NCBI GenBank assembly: GCA_041550555.1
Contig: JBFEOO010000011.1
Coordinates: forward strand, 2,138-66,137
Length of the DNA stretch: 64,000 nt
Direction: 5' to 3'
Source: Arenicellales bacterium
GTDB taxonomy: Bacteria > Pseudomonadota > Gammaproteobacteria > Arenicellales > JBFEOO01
Below the pieces are notes generated by a model. The model ran no database searches. It saw only the letters and a program-made list of their open reading frames with translations, and had not been told where the DNA came from. This document shows, piece by piece, positions 24,116-33,170 of the stretch. Each line of letters starts with the position of its first letter. The stretch's first letter is position 1. The position numbers and the translations under genes were made by a program.

Positions 24116-24318
24116 GGAATGATGCGTCTTAAGCCGTTGAATTTTTTGTTCAATGCGACGCACGGTCTGTTGCCGCAGGGCGTTCGGCGCCACCGTGAAC
24201 GAGCTGCGCTCACGGTCGAACTCGGAAGATCTTATTTGGTCGTTGCACATGTAGGGGCAACGACCCGCGCATGACCCCGCATCTAGTGTCAAGCAGCCGT
24301 CACGCCAAACAGGGAGGG

Positions 24319-24775
24319 CGTGGGAGTCGGCCTGTAAGCCGGGTTCTGTAGGATCGACTGAGCGACCCCGGCAGTCATTCATCTAGCGCACCCGTCGCCG
24401 GGTGCTTCGAGCGACCTACCCGGATCCAGCGCGGGCCACGCTCGGGGATCCCTATTTGGTCTTGCTCCAGGTGGGGTTTACCCTGCCATCGGTGTTACCA
24501 CCGACGCGGTGCGCTCTTACCGCACCTTTTCACCCTTACCTCTCGAAAACCCCATCCGGCCGGCTCCAGGAAGCGTCGCCGGCGCTGCTGATGGGGGACG
24601 AGGGGCGGTATATTTTCTGTGGCACTTTCCGTCGGCTCACGCCGCCCAGGTGTTACCTGGCACCCTGCCCTGCGGAGCCCGGACTTTCCTCCCGCCGCCG
24701 CGATCGACTGAGGCCGCCGACGCGTGCGTCGTGCCCATCGCTCTGCAGCAGCCGGCGACTGCCCGGCCGACTCCC
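24319..24775 (-). ncRNA. rnpB: RNase P RNA (bacterial type A)
   Basis: The minus strand carries GGGAGGAAAGTCCGGGCTCC, GGTAAGGGTGAAAAGGTGCGGTAAGAGCGCACCG, CTAGATGAATGACTG and ACAGAACCCGGCTTAC in the E. coli M1 RNA order. P1 pairs GGGAGTCGGCC (24775-24765) with GGCCGACTCCC (24332-24322). Ends are approximate, within about 5 nt. Confidence 0.93.
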
Positions 24776-24818
24776 GACTCCAAGTAATAATGACGCCAAC
24801 ACAAATTGCAAGCACTTT

Positions 24819-25688
24819 TCACGCATCATCGCCACGCGCCGCCGCGTCCACCGCATACTCGTAGAGCCGATTGCGTGATGCGCCGCTCACGCGCGTCGCC
24901 ACTTCGACGGCGCGTTTCAGGGGCAGCACGGTGAGAAGAACGTCGACCAGCTTTCGATCGCGAGCGCTCAGCGTGCTGTCGACGGCGCGCCCGTGACCCG
25001 CCACGATAACGACGAACTCGCCCCTTTCGCGATCCGGGTCCTCGCAGAGCCAGCGCAGCAGGTTACCCAAGCTGTCGTTGCGCACCGTCTCGAACAGTTT
25101 GGTCATCTCGCGCGCCAGCGTGGCTTGTCGATCGCCACCAAAAACCCGCGCCATAGCCTCGAGAGTAGCGGCGATGCGATGACTGGACTCATAGAACACC
25201 ATCGTTCGCTGCTCGTCGACGAGGTCCGCCAAGCGCTGCCGGCGACGACCCTCGCGCGGCGGCAGGAAACCTTCGAAGACGAAGCGGTCCGTCGCAACGC
25301 CGGCGACCGACAGCGCCGCGATGACGGCACTCGGTCCCGGTATAGGGACCACGGCAATGCCGTGCTCGTGCGCACTGCGCACGAGGCGAAATCCAGGATC
25401 GCTGATAAGAGGCGTTCCCGCGTCGCTCACCAGCGCAATCCGTGCACCGTCGCTCAAACGGCGGATCAGCTCTGGGGCCCGCTCGCGCTCGTTGTGCTCG
25501 TGCAGCGACCGCAGCGGACGCCGAATCCCGTAATGCGCCAGCAGGCGCCCGGTGTGGCGCGTGTCCTCAGCCGCCACCAGGTCGACGTCGCGCAGCACGG
25601 CGAGCGCGCGCAACGTGATGTCCTCGCGGTGGCCTATCGGCGTCGCGACGACGTATAGCGTCCCACCTTTGCTTGCACTCGTACCCAC
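24819..25688 (-). CDS. rsmI: 16S rRNA (cytidine1402-2'-O)-methyltransferase
   Basis: TLYVVATPIGHREDITLRAL, AAEDTRHTGRLL, tetrapyrrole-methylase fold. Conserved rsmI-rnpB-mraZ arrangement. Confidence 0.93.
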   Translation of the reverse strand: MGTSASKGGTLYVVATPIGHREDITLRALAVLRDVDLVAAEDTRHTGRLLAHYGIRRPLRSLHEHNERERAPELIRRLSDGARIALVSDAGTPLISDPGFRLVRSAHEHGIAVVPIPGPSAVIAALSVAGVATDRFVFEGFLPPREGRRRQRLADLVDEQRTMVFYESSHRIAATLEAMARVFGGDRQATLAREMTKLFETVRNDSLGNLLRWLCEDPDRERGEFVVIVAGHGRAVDSTLSARDRKLVDVLLTVLPLKRAVEVATRVSGASRNRLYEYAVDAAARGDDA

Positions 25689-25756
25689 TGGCTATACTCT
25701 GCCCGCCTTGGCCTGGCGCCTATGATCGCGCGCCATGACGTCGGCTCGCTACGCCC

Positions 25757-27778
25757 ATGCGAAACTCGATGAGCACGCTGCTCCCCAACCATGCCACGAA
25801 GGCGGTGCGCGCCGGCACCGTGGTCTTGGTGCTCGCGCTCAGCGCCTGCGCGACTTCACCGAGCATGCCCCCCGAGGTCGCGCCGCCGGTCACCGTCGAC
25901 ATCGGCGATGCACCGCCACCGGACACCACTCCGGAGCCCGATCAGCGTCCCGCTGCCGAGCAGCCGATTCCACTGTCCGCCTGGGAGCATCTGTCGTTGG
26001 CCAGTGTCGCGCGCACCCCCGAGCGCGAGGCGCACGTGCTCGATGCCGCCTCCGCATTGCTGGCCGATGAGCAGACCGCCACCGCGGAATTTCTGCTGCG
26101 CGAGCTGGCAGCGGAGCTGCTCACACCAACGCTGCGCGCGCGGCGCCAGCTGCTGCGCGCGCGGATCGCACAGCGAGCCGGGCGACACCATGAGGCCGTG
26201 CGCCTGCTGACCGAGCAGACCGTCAAGGGCAGTCAGGATCCGGCCATCCTCGCCGAGTTCTCCTGGAGTTTAGCGGAATCACAGATCGCTCTGGAACGTT
26301 ATGCCGACGCCGCCCGAACACTGGCCGCTCGCGATAACCTGCTCATCACCGAAGCGCAGCTGTTCGAAAACGACCAGCTGCTATGGAACGTGCTCGAGAC
26401 CATGGATCCGGTCGCGCTGCGCACCGAGCGCTACACCACGGCCGATCCATTGCTTGCGGGTTGGCTCGACCTGGCCATGATTTCCGTAGAGACCGGATCC
26501 GATCCTTATCAGCTCCGCATGGCGTTGGACGACTGGGCGCTGCGCTACCCGCAGCACCCCGCGCTCGGCACCGTGACGCGAGTGCTGCCGAGCGCCCCGG
26601 CGACGAGCGCGCTGACGCCGCGGCGCATCGCGCTGCTGCTGCCGCTGACGTCCGTGTACGGCGCTGCCGCACAGGCCCTGCAAACCGGCTTCTTCGCCGC
26701 CCACGACGCCAACAGCGATCCGCGCAAACCTGAGATCGCCGTCTACGATATCGGCGCAGAGCCGGCCATGGCGCCGCTCTACTATCGGGTAGCGGTAGAC
26801 GAAGGCGCGGAATTCGTCGTCGGTCCTCTCGGAAGACAGGCCGTCGATGCGCTGACCGCCGAAGGCGACCTGCTTCGTCCCACGCTGTTGCTCGGCATGA
26901 GCGAGTCGCCGACGACGCAACCGACCCATGTGTTCGAGTTCGGGCTGCAGCCCGAAGACGAGGCCCGCCAGGTGGCGATGCGCGCCCACCGCCAGCATCA
27001 TCGGGTGGCAGCGATCGCTTACCCGGCGAGCGATTGGGGCGAGCGGGTGCGCGGGGCTTTCTCCTCGGCGTGGCAACAGCTCGGCGGTATCGTCGCCGAG
27101 GCGCAGCCCTATGCGCCCCAGCAGATCGATTACTCGATACCGCTCAAGCGGCTTTTGAACGTCGACGAAAGCGAGCTTCGCGGAGCCCGCCTGGATGCGG
27201 CTCTCGGGCAGAGCATCGAGTTCGAACCACGCCGACGGACGGACATCGACTTCCTGTTCATCGCGGCGAACTCCCGAGATGGGCGTTTGCTCAAACCGCA
27301 GATCAACTTCTTCCGCGCCCATGATCTGCCCGTCTATGCGACGTCCCACATCTGGCCCGGTCGCCGTGATCCGGCCAACGACGCGGACCTCGACGGCGTG
27401 CGCTTCGGTGATATGCCCTGGATGCTGGATCAGGGAAGCCGCGTCCGGGCGCTGCGCGCACTGCAGGGGCAATGGGCGGGGCGTTACTCGGAGCTGGACC
27501 GACTCTATGCGCTGGGGCTCGATGCATACAGCGTGTTGCCGCTGCTCGATACGCTGAGGGACAATGCGCAGGCGCGCTTCAACGGGGTCACGGCCACTCT
27601 GCGCGTGAGCGGGACCCGCCTGCAGCGCGAACTGACATGGGCGCGTTTCGAGCAGGGCGTCGCACTTCCAGCGAGCCCGCTGCGCAGCTACGATACGACC
27701 TGGAGTTCAGCCTACGATGACAGCGACGCCTGGCGAACGTCGGCAACGAGGCCAGTGGGCGGAGCAGAAAGTCTGTGA
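25757..27778 (+). CDS. lpoA: Penicillin-binding protein activator LpoA (LppC family lipoprotein)
   Basis: Lipobox LALSAC near the N-terminus. Large TPR-like N-domain and a periplasmic-binding-protein-like C-domain. Synteny rsmI / lpoA-yraN-diaA-dolP as in the E. coli yraL-yraP region. Confidence 0.8.
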   Translation: MRNSMSTLLPNHATKAVRAGTVVLVLALSACATSPSMPPEVAPPVTVDIGDAPPPDTTPEPDQRPAAEQPIPLSAWEHLSLASVARTPEREAHVLDAASALLADEQTATAEFLLRELAAELLTPTLRARRQLLRARIAQRAGRHHEAVRLLTEQTVKGSQDPAILAEFSWSLAESQIALERYADAARTLAARDNLLITEAQLFENDQLLWNVLETMDPVALRTERYTTADPLLAGWLDLAMISVETGSDPYQLRMALDDWALRYPQHPALGTVTRVLPSAPATSALTPRRIALLLPLTSVYGAAAQALQTGFFAAHDANSDPRKPEIAVYDIGAEPAMAPLYYRVAVDEGAEFVVGPLGRQAVDALTAEGDLLRPTLLLGMSESPTTQPTHVFEFGLQPEDEARQVAMRAHRQHHRVAAIAYPASDWGERVRGAFSSAWQQLGGIVAEAQPYAPQQIDYSIPLKRLLNVDESELRGARLDAALGQSIEFEPRRRTDIDFLFIAANSRDGRLLKPQINFFRAHDLPVYATSHIWPGRRDPANDADLDGVRFGDMPWMLDQGSRVRALRALQGQWAGRYSELDRLYALGLDAYSVLPLLDTLRDNAQARFNGVTATLRVSGTRLQRELTWARFEQGVALPASPLRSYDTTWSSAYDDSDAWRTSATRPVGGAESL

Positions 27779-28085
27779 CCATCTCGAGCGACTCGGACTG
27801 CGTCTGCTTTCCCGCAACTACCGTTCGCCCTTCGGGGAGATCGACCTCGTAATGAGAGACCGCGACTGCCTGGTGTTCGTCGAGGTCCGTTTTCGCCGCA
27901 GCAGCCGCTTCGGTTCCGCCCCGGAGACCGTCGACGCACGCAAGCAGTCACGGCTGCGTGCAACCGCGGAGCACTATCTGCAGCGGAACCGGCGGGCTCA
28001 GCGATTGCCCTGTCGCTTCGACGTCGTCGGCGTGACGACGACGCAGGGCCAGGCAGAGATCGACTGGATTCGTGATGCCTTCTGA
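27717..28085 (+). CDS. yraN: UPF0102 family endonuclease-like protein YraN
   Basis: GQWAEQKVCDHLERLGLRLLSRNYRSPFGEIDLVMRD..LVFVEVRFR, a PD-(D/E)xK-like core. Overlaps the lpoA 3' end by 62 nt. Confidence 0.85.
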   Translation: MTATPGERRQRGQWAEQKVCDHLERLGLRLLSRNYRSPFGEIDLVMRDRDCLVFVEVRFRRSSRFGSAPETVDARKQSRLRATAEHYLQRNRRAQRLPCRFDVVGVTTTQGQAEIDWIRDAF

Positions 28086-28145
28086 TCAGGCAGTCGACGC
28101 GGCGCAGCCCGTGGTGACGTGGTGATGGCGAGCATGCCGACGACA

Positions 28146-28736
28146 ATGAACCCTGCGGAACGCATCCGGCACAATTTCGAGGACAGTCTCCGTACGATCT
28201 CCGCCTGCGCGGGGACGCTCGCCGAGCCGTTGGCAGCCGCTGCCCAGTGCATCATCGATGCGCTGCTCGCCGGCAACAAAGTGCTCGCCTGCGGTAACGG
28301 CGGATCGGCGGCCGATGCGCAGCATTTCACGGCGGAGCTGCTCAATCGCTTTGTGGCGGAGCGGCCGCCGTTGCCCGCCGTGGCCCTCACCGCCGACACC
28401 GCGACACTCACCGCGATCGCCAACGACTACCACTACGATCAGGTCTTCGCCAAACAGGTGACTGCCCTCGGTCAGGCCGGGGACGTGCTACTCGTCCTGA
28501 CGACATCGGGCAATTCAATGAACGTGCTGCGCGCTATCGAGGCCGCTCACGAGCGAGAAATGCACTGTATTGCACTCAGCGGGAGAGATGGGGGAAAGCT
28601 GTCGCAAATGCTCTACGAGGGCGATATCGATGTGTGCGTTCCGGCGGATTCAACGGCGCGCATACAGGAGGTACATAAAATCGCCATTCACTGCCTTTGC
28701 GATGTCATTGACAGCCATCTACTGGGACAGCCATAG
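28146..28736 (+). CDS. diaA: SIS-domain DnaA initiator-associating protein DiaA (GmhA paralogue)
   Basis: VLACGNGGSAADAQHFTAELLNRFVAERPPLPAVALTADTATLTAIAND and ARIQEVHKIAIHCLCDVID align better to E. coli DiaA than to GmhA. ATG 28146 gives 196 aa; a GTG at 28119 is possible. Confidence 0.82.
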   Translation: MNPAERIRHNFEDSLRTISACAGTLAEPLAAAAQCIIDALLAGNKVLACGNGGSAADAQHFTAELLNRFVAERPPLPAVALTADTATLTAIANDYHYDQVFAKQVTALGQAGDVLLVLTTSGNSMNVLRAIEAAHEREMHCIALSGRDGGKLSQMLYEGDIDVCVPADSTARIQEVHKIAIHCLCDVIDSHLLGQP

Positions 28737-28754
28737 GGTTGTCGAGGGGGACGC

Positions 28755-29345
28755 ATGACACATCTCGGCAAACGCATGCTCGCGATCAGCGCGGTGCTGG
28801 CTTGCACTGCTACGCTCACCGCATGCTTGGCGGCCGTCGGGGCAGCCACCGTAACCGCCGTCGACGTTGCGCATGACCGTCGTTCGATCGGTTCCTATAT
28901 CGACGATAACAACGTCGAGTGGAAGATTCGCGCAGCGATTTGGCAGGACGAATCGCTTCGGGAGCAGGTACACGTCAGCGCGACGAGCATGAACGGCATC
29001 GTGCTGCTGACCGGCGAGACACCCACCAAGGTGCAGCAGGAACGCATCGTCGCCATCGCGCGCGAGCAAGAGGAGGTGCGTCAGATCGTCAACGAGATGG
29101 CCGTGGCCGGAAAGACGACGATGGCGAGCCGTGCCAATGATACGTGGCTCACGACGAAGGTGAAGACCAAGCTGTTCCAGACCACCAGCCTCGACGCCAC
29201 CCGCGTGAAGGTCGTGAGCGAGCATAGCAACGTCTACCTGATGGGGCTGGTCACCCGCGTGGAAGGTAACGCCGCTGCCGAAGCCGCCCGCACCGTCAGC
29301 GGCGTCAGCCGCGTCGTGAAGGTGTTCGAGTATCTGGATGGGTAA
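28755..29345 (+). CDS. dolP: Dual BON-domain outer-membrane lipoprotein DolP/YraP
   Basis: Lipobox LTAC; two BON repeats (..VSATSMNGIVLLTGE.. and ..VVSEHSNVYLMGLVT..). Confidence 0.85.
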   Translation: MTHLGKRMLAISAVLACTATLTACLAAVGAATVTAVDVAHDRRSIGSYIDDNNVEWKIRAAIWQDESLREQVHVSATSMNGIVLLTGETPTKVQQERIVAIAREQEEVRQIVNEMAVAGKTTMASRANDTWLTTKVKTKLFQTTSLDATRVKVVSEHSNVYLMGLVTRVEGNAAAEAARTVSGVSRVVKVFEYLDG

Positions 29346-29406
29346 CGAACGGCGGGGCCGCGGTACTCCTTGCGGCGGACGCCACCCTCATCGACCGAGG
29401 TGACGC

Positions 29407-29901
29407 ATGCTCGAGCCGGTGAGCAGCGCGCACAAGATCGTCAAGAGACGGGCGTCACTGCGGCGCCGACTCGCCTCGCTCGAGCGACCGATCGTGTTCA
29501 CCAACGGCTGCTTCGACATTCTCCACAGGGGGCACGTCGCCTACCTAGAGCAGGCGGCCGGTCTTGGACGCTCGCTGGTTGTGGGCGTCAACACCGACGC
29601 GTCCGTCCGCGCCCTCGACAAGGGCGCCGAGAGACCACTCAATTCGCTCGACGACAGGGCGGCCATCGTAGCGGCGCTGGGCTGCGTCGATCTCGTCGTA
29701 CCGTTCGCGGAACCGACGCCGTTGGAGCTCATTCTCTACGTGCGCCCGGATGTGCTCGTCAAAGGTGGCGACTGGGCCATCAGCGACATCGTGGGTGCGA
29801 AGGAGGTGCAGGCGGCTGGCGGCAGCGTGCGCGTGATACCCGTGCGCTTCCAGCGCTCGACGACGGATCTCATCGACCGCATTCGTGGCGGAATCAGATG
29901 A
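29407..29901 (+). CDS. hldC: D-glycero-beta-D-manno-heptose 1-phosphate adenylyltransferase (RfaE domain II type)
   Basis: Cytidylyltransferase HxGH motif [17 protein letters not shown]. 164 aa stand-alone domain. Confidence 0.85.
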   Translation: MLEPVSSAHKIVKRRASLRRRLASLERPIVFTNGCFDILHRGHVAYLEQAAGLGRSLVVGVNTDASVRALDKGAERPLNSLDDRAAIVAALGCVDLVVPFAEPTPLELILYVRPDVLVKGGDWAISDIVGAKEVQAAGGSVRVIPVRFQRSTTDLIDRIRGGIR

Positions 29902-29911
29902 GCCAACGGCT

Positions 29912-30412
29912 TCAGAGCGCCCGCGCCTGCAAGAGCTCGTCGTAGATGAGCTTGTCTTCGAGCGAGAAGCAGCAGCACGTGATGACGTGGACGTCTTTTT
30001 CGCGCCGCCGCATCTCCTGCAATGCGATGCGCGCGGCTGCACGTTGGGGGAACCCGAATACGCCCGTGCTGAGACATGCGAAGGCGATGGTCGCCACGCC
30101 GTATTCCACCGCGAGCGCGAGGGCGGCGGCATAGCACGCGCGCAGCAGATCGGGCTCCCCGTGTGCGCCGCCCCGCCATACCGGCCCAACCGCATGGATG
30201 ACCCAGCGTGCGGGCAGATCGAAACCTGGCGTAATCTTGGCGCCGCCTGTTGCGCAGCCGCCGAGCGCGCGGCAGGCCTCGCGCAAACGCGGACCAGCGG
30301 CGCGATGGATCGCCCCGTCGACGCCCCCGCCGCCGAGCAGCGTTGCGTTTGCGGCGTTGACGATGGCATCGACTTTCAACGTGGTGATATCGGCCTGTAT
30401 GCTCTCGATCAC
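29912..30412 (-). CDS. Macro domain protein (YmdB-like O-acetyl-ADP-ribose deacetylase)
   Basis: [51 protein letters not shown]. Confidence 0.85.
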   Translation of the reverse strand: MIESIQADITTLKVDAIVNAANATLLGGGGVDGAIHRAAGPRLREACRALGGCATGGAKITPGFDLPARWVIHAVGPVWRGGAHGEPDLLRACYAAALALAVEYGVATIAFACLSTGVFGFPQRAAARIALQEMRRREKDVHVITCCCFSLEDKLIYDELLQARAL

Positions 30413-30450
30413 GCGCGCCTCGCCATTGTTGCTCGACGAGCGAATCTAGC

Positions 30451-30765
30451 GTGGACGCGGCTGCGTGGCTAGGCGTCGCGGTACTCGCCGGCGGCATCTG
30501 GTTTGCGGTGGACAGCCTGCGCGCGCGCGAGACCGCAACCGCAGCCGCCCGTGAGCAGTGCCGCTCACGGGAGCTGCAGTTCCTCGACGGCACCGTGGCG
30601 CTCGCATCGGTGAGAATCGTCCGCAGCGCCGGCACCCTTTCGCTGCGCCGGGTATACCAGTTCGACTTCGCGCACAACGGCGTCTCCCGTCACCGCGGTC
30701 AGGTTGTCATGCGGGGACAGACCATCGAGCGGTTAATCCTTGACCCCGCAGAACGGGATATCTAA
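30451..30765 (+). CDS. Small membrane-anchored protein, DUF3301-like
   Basis: N-terminal TM (WLGVAVLAGGIWFAV), then RELQFLDGTVALASVRI..LSLRRVYQFDFAHNG. Resemblance to DUF3301 is recalled from memory only. Confidence 0.5.
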   Translation: MDAAAWLGVAVLAGGIWFAVDSLRARETATAAAREQCRSRELQFLDGTVALASVRIVRSAGTLSLRRVYQFDFAHNGVSRHRGQVVMRGQTIERLILDPAERDI

Positions 30766-30835
30766 TGTTCAGCTACGACAGGCGCGCCCGGCGACGCTCC
30801 TTCCCTCACCGGGCGAGGCTGAACCAAACCCGCTG

Positions 30836-31396
30836 ATGACGCACTTCGGCAAACGATTTTCTCGAACCAACGTGATGGCCATCGCCACGGCTGCCCCCTT
30901 GGCGCTGTGGCTCGCCGTCGTGGCCGCGCCGGCTTGCGCGCAGCAACCGGCTGCGCCCAATCCAATGCAGATGGGTGCGATTCGGCATCTGCAGAGTGAC
31001 CTCTTCTTGGAGGAGGGAGTCGGCTTCAAGCGCGTGCGCATCGGCCATAGCTTTCAACAGGTTGCCCAGACGTGGGGAAGCCCGCAGTCGATGCGCCGCA
31101 GTCTGCTCGGTTTCAGCAAGAAGTGGCAGTATCGCCTCAATCAGAGCATCCTCATTATTGTAGCCGGCGGAAAGCGAGTCGTGTCCATCACCGTTCTCGG
31201 CGGCATCACCACGCCGTTCGGGACGACCGAAGGAGCCCGTTTTGGCATGACGCGCGCGCAGATCGCGTCCATCTACGGCGAAGCTCCGGGAAAGCAGTCG
31301 AATTCGTCGCTTAGCTATCCCGGACGCGGCGTTGTGTTTGTCTTCAAGAACGGTCTGCTGCACGCCATCACGATCACGGCGCCCAAGCACAGCTGA
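30836..31396 (+). CDS. Hypothetical secreted protein
   Basis: Signal peptide MAIATAAPLALWLAVVAAPACA-QQ. High third-position G+C. No recognisable domain. ATG 30836 chosen; ATG 30875 is possible. Confidence 0.55.
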   Translation: MTHFGKRFSRTNVMAIATAAPLALWLAVVAAPACAQQPAAPNPMQMGAIRHLQSDLFLEEGVGFKRVRIGHSFQQVAQTWGSPQSMRRSLLGFSKKWQYRLNQSILIIVAGGKRVVSITVLGGITTPFGTTEGARFGMTRAQIASIYGEAPGKQSNSSLSYPGRGVVFVFKNGLLHAITITAPKHS

Positions 31397-31583
31397 TCCA
31401 GATCCATCGCCCACGCCCGCAGCAAGCCCTGTGGATGCTTCACGGGGACATCCGCCCCTGCGCCACCCCCCAACCGCGCGGAGCCGGGTACACCGCCTCC
31501 GCTGCAGGCGACGCAAACAGGGATCGATGCCGCGCGCTCGGTCGACCGTCACCCTCGTGCAGCGGCGCCGGGGCGAACACCCG

Positions 31584-32255
31584 TTAGCCGGAACTTCCAG
31601 CCAGCAGGCGCTGCCAATGGTAGAACAGCCAACCCCCGTATTCGCTCAGCACCCAGCGAATCTGACGGCCGTCCCGCCACCACTGGGTCGGGTCGTAGGG
31701 GTCCGTGCGCGCGGCAACGGTTTGCAGCGCGAAGTCGTCACCGTAAAGCACGCTCCAGATGTGATGCGCGCGGCGAGTATGGAAGCGGCTGGTGGCGACG
31801 ATGAGTGTTCGCAGCCCCATGCCCTGCAAGGCGTCGCCCACCGTCCGGGCCTCGCTGATCGTGTCGAAGGCATCCTCGGCGCTGATGCTGACGATGCGAG
31901 CATCCGGCACACCGAGAACCCCAAGTATGCGCCGCGCGTTCTCGTCCCAGCGACAACACGGCGTGAAACCGCGTCGTTCGAGATCCCGAAGCACATCCGT
32001 CTTGCGATTGCCATTGACGACGACGCGGTCGGCGAACCCCTCCTGATACAGGGCGGCGGCTTCGATGAGGCGTGGGTAGTAATCGACACCTGTTGACAGC
32101 ACGACGACGGCGTCGGCCTTAACGGGTCTGTGCTCGACCACGAGCAGCTGACCGACACCGCTGAGCAGCCAGGGCAGCAGCAGCGCTCCGGCGACGAGCA
32201 TGGCGATGACCACCATCGCCACGCGCAACCGGCGCCAGCCCCCTCGCCGGGTCAT
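31584..32255 (-). CDS. DUF218 (YdcF/ElyC/SanA family) membrane-anchored protein
   Basis: N-terminal TM followed by ADAVVVLSTGVDYYPRLIEAAALYQEGFADRVVV..ATSRFHTRRA, typical of DUF218. Confidence 0.75.
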   Translation of the reverse strand: MTRRGGWRRLRVAMVVIAMLVAGALLLPWLLSGVGQLLVVEHRPVKADAVVVLSTGVDYYPRLIEAAALYQEGFADRVVVNGNRKTDVLRDLERRGFTPCCRWDENARRILGVLGVPDARIVSISAEDAFDTISEARTVGDALQGMGLRTLIVATSRFHTRRAHHIWSVLYGDDFALQTVAARTDPYDPTQWWRDGRQIRWVLSEYGGWLFYHWQRLLAGSSG

Positions 32256-32467
32256 CGTCTAGCCCTAAAAGCGGTCGCTGCCCCACGGGGCGTGGCGGCG
32301 GCCACATCCTGCGCCGGTGCGACAAGCAGCCGTCGCGCGTCCGGCAAACACCCTATCAGGCGGAAACGACGTGCTGCGACTCCCCTTCGAGAAGCGGATC
32401 GCTGACCGCCGCCCTCGCTCACCGTCTCGGGCGCAGCATCGTCGGGCCAATAGCGGGTAGACAGCCC

Positions 32468-33037
32468 TTACTCGAAAGGACCACAAGAGCGAGCGACAGC
32501 TGTCTCGTGGGCGATACCATGTACGAGCGGTTCGAGCTCGGTCAACGCTTGCAGGTAAACCTGCCGCTTGAAGTGCACGATATCGTCGAGCGGCAGCCAA
32601 TAATCGACCCAACGCCACCGGTCGAACTCCGGGCGACCACAACGATCTAGGCAGACGTCCGAGTCGCTGCCAATCAGATGAAACAGGAACCAAAGCTGCT
32701 TCTGCCCCCGCAGCATCTGGCGGCGCGGATTGCGGACGAGTCGTCTGGGAATTTCGTAGCGGAGCCACTCCTGCGTTCGGCCGATCAGTCGCACGTGCTC
32801 CCTCGCCAAACCGATCTCCTCGTAGAGCTCGCGAAATGCGGCCTGCTCCGCCGTTTCGTTATCCTCGACACCGCCCTGCGGGAACTGCCATCCGTCACGG
32901 GTCGATCGCCGCGCCCAGAGGACTTGCTGCTTGGCGTTACATATAATGATGCCGACGTTGGGCCGATACCCGTCCGCCTTCGGCCACTGGGCAGCAGAGC
33001 TATCGCCGGTCTGGATTGAGGCGTCGGAATCTGCCAT
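32468..33037 (-). CDS. rppH: RNA pyrophosphohydrolase
   Basis: GYRPNVGIIICN, Nudix box GGVEDNETAEQAAFRELYEEIGL, and the RppH-specific tail FKRQVY. Start ATG 33037. Confidence 0.9.
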   Translation of the reverse strand: MADSDASIQTGDSSAAQWPKADGYRPNVGIIICNAKQQVLWARRSTRDGWQFPQGGVEDNETAEQAAFRELYEEIGLAREHVRLIGRTQEWLRYEIPRRLVRNPRRQMLRGQKQLWFLFHLIGSDSDVCLDRCGRPEFDRWRWVDYWLPLDDIVHFKRQVYLQALTELEPLVHGIAHETAVARSCGPFE

Positions 33038-33170
33038 GTTCACGGTCCACCTGTTGCATTGACCTGACAAGCCGGCCAGGCATCATTTTTTCATGAAGCC
33101 GCGGACACGGCAAATCGGCTCTGCAACCGCTGACATCTCTCGACCACGCGCATACCTCGACGCATCAATC

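Noticed and set aside
24241-24262. CGTTGC-N10-GCAACG hairpin downstream of rnpB
   Set aside because: On the rnpB strand it is followed by an A-rich rather than a U-rich tract. It could be a processing or termination structure, but this is not supportable from sequence alone.
24068-24382. 104-aa minus-strand ORF between mraZ and rsmI
   Set aside because: It covers the Pmra promoter and the 3' part of RNase P RNA. Low GC3.
29912-30765. Macro-domain gene next to the DUF3301-like gene as a possible ADP-ribosylation toxin-antitoxin or defence pair
   Set aside because: The genes are divergent rather than operonic, no ART toxin or sirtuin partner is present, and the macro domain looks like the common housekeeping YmdB type.
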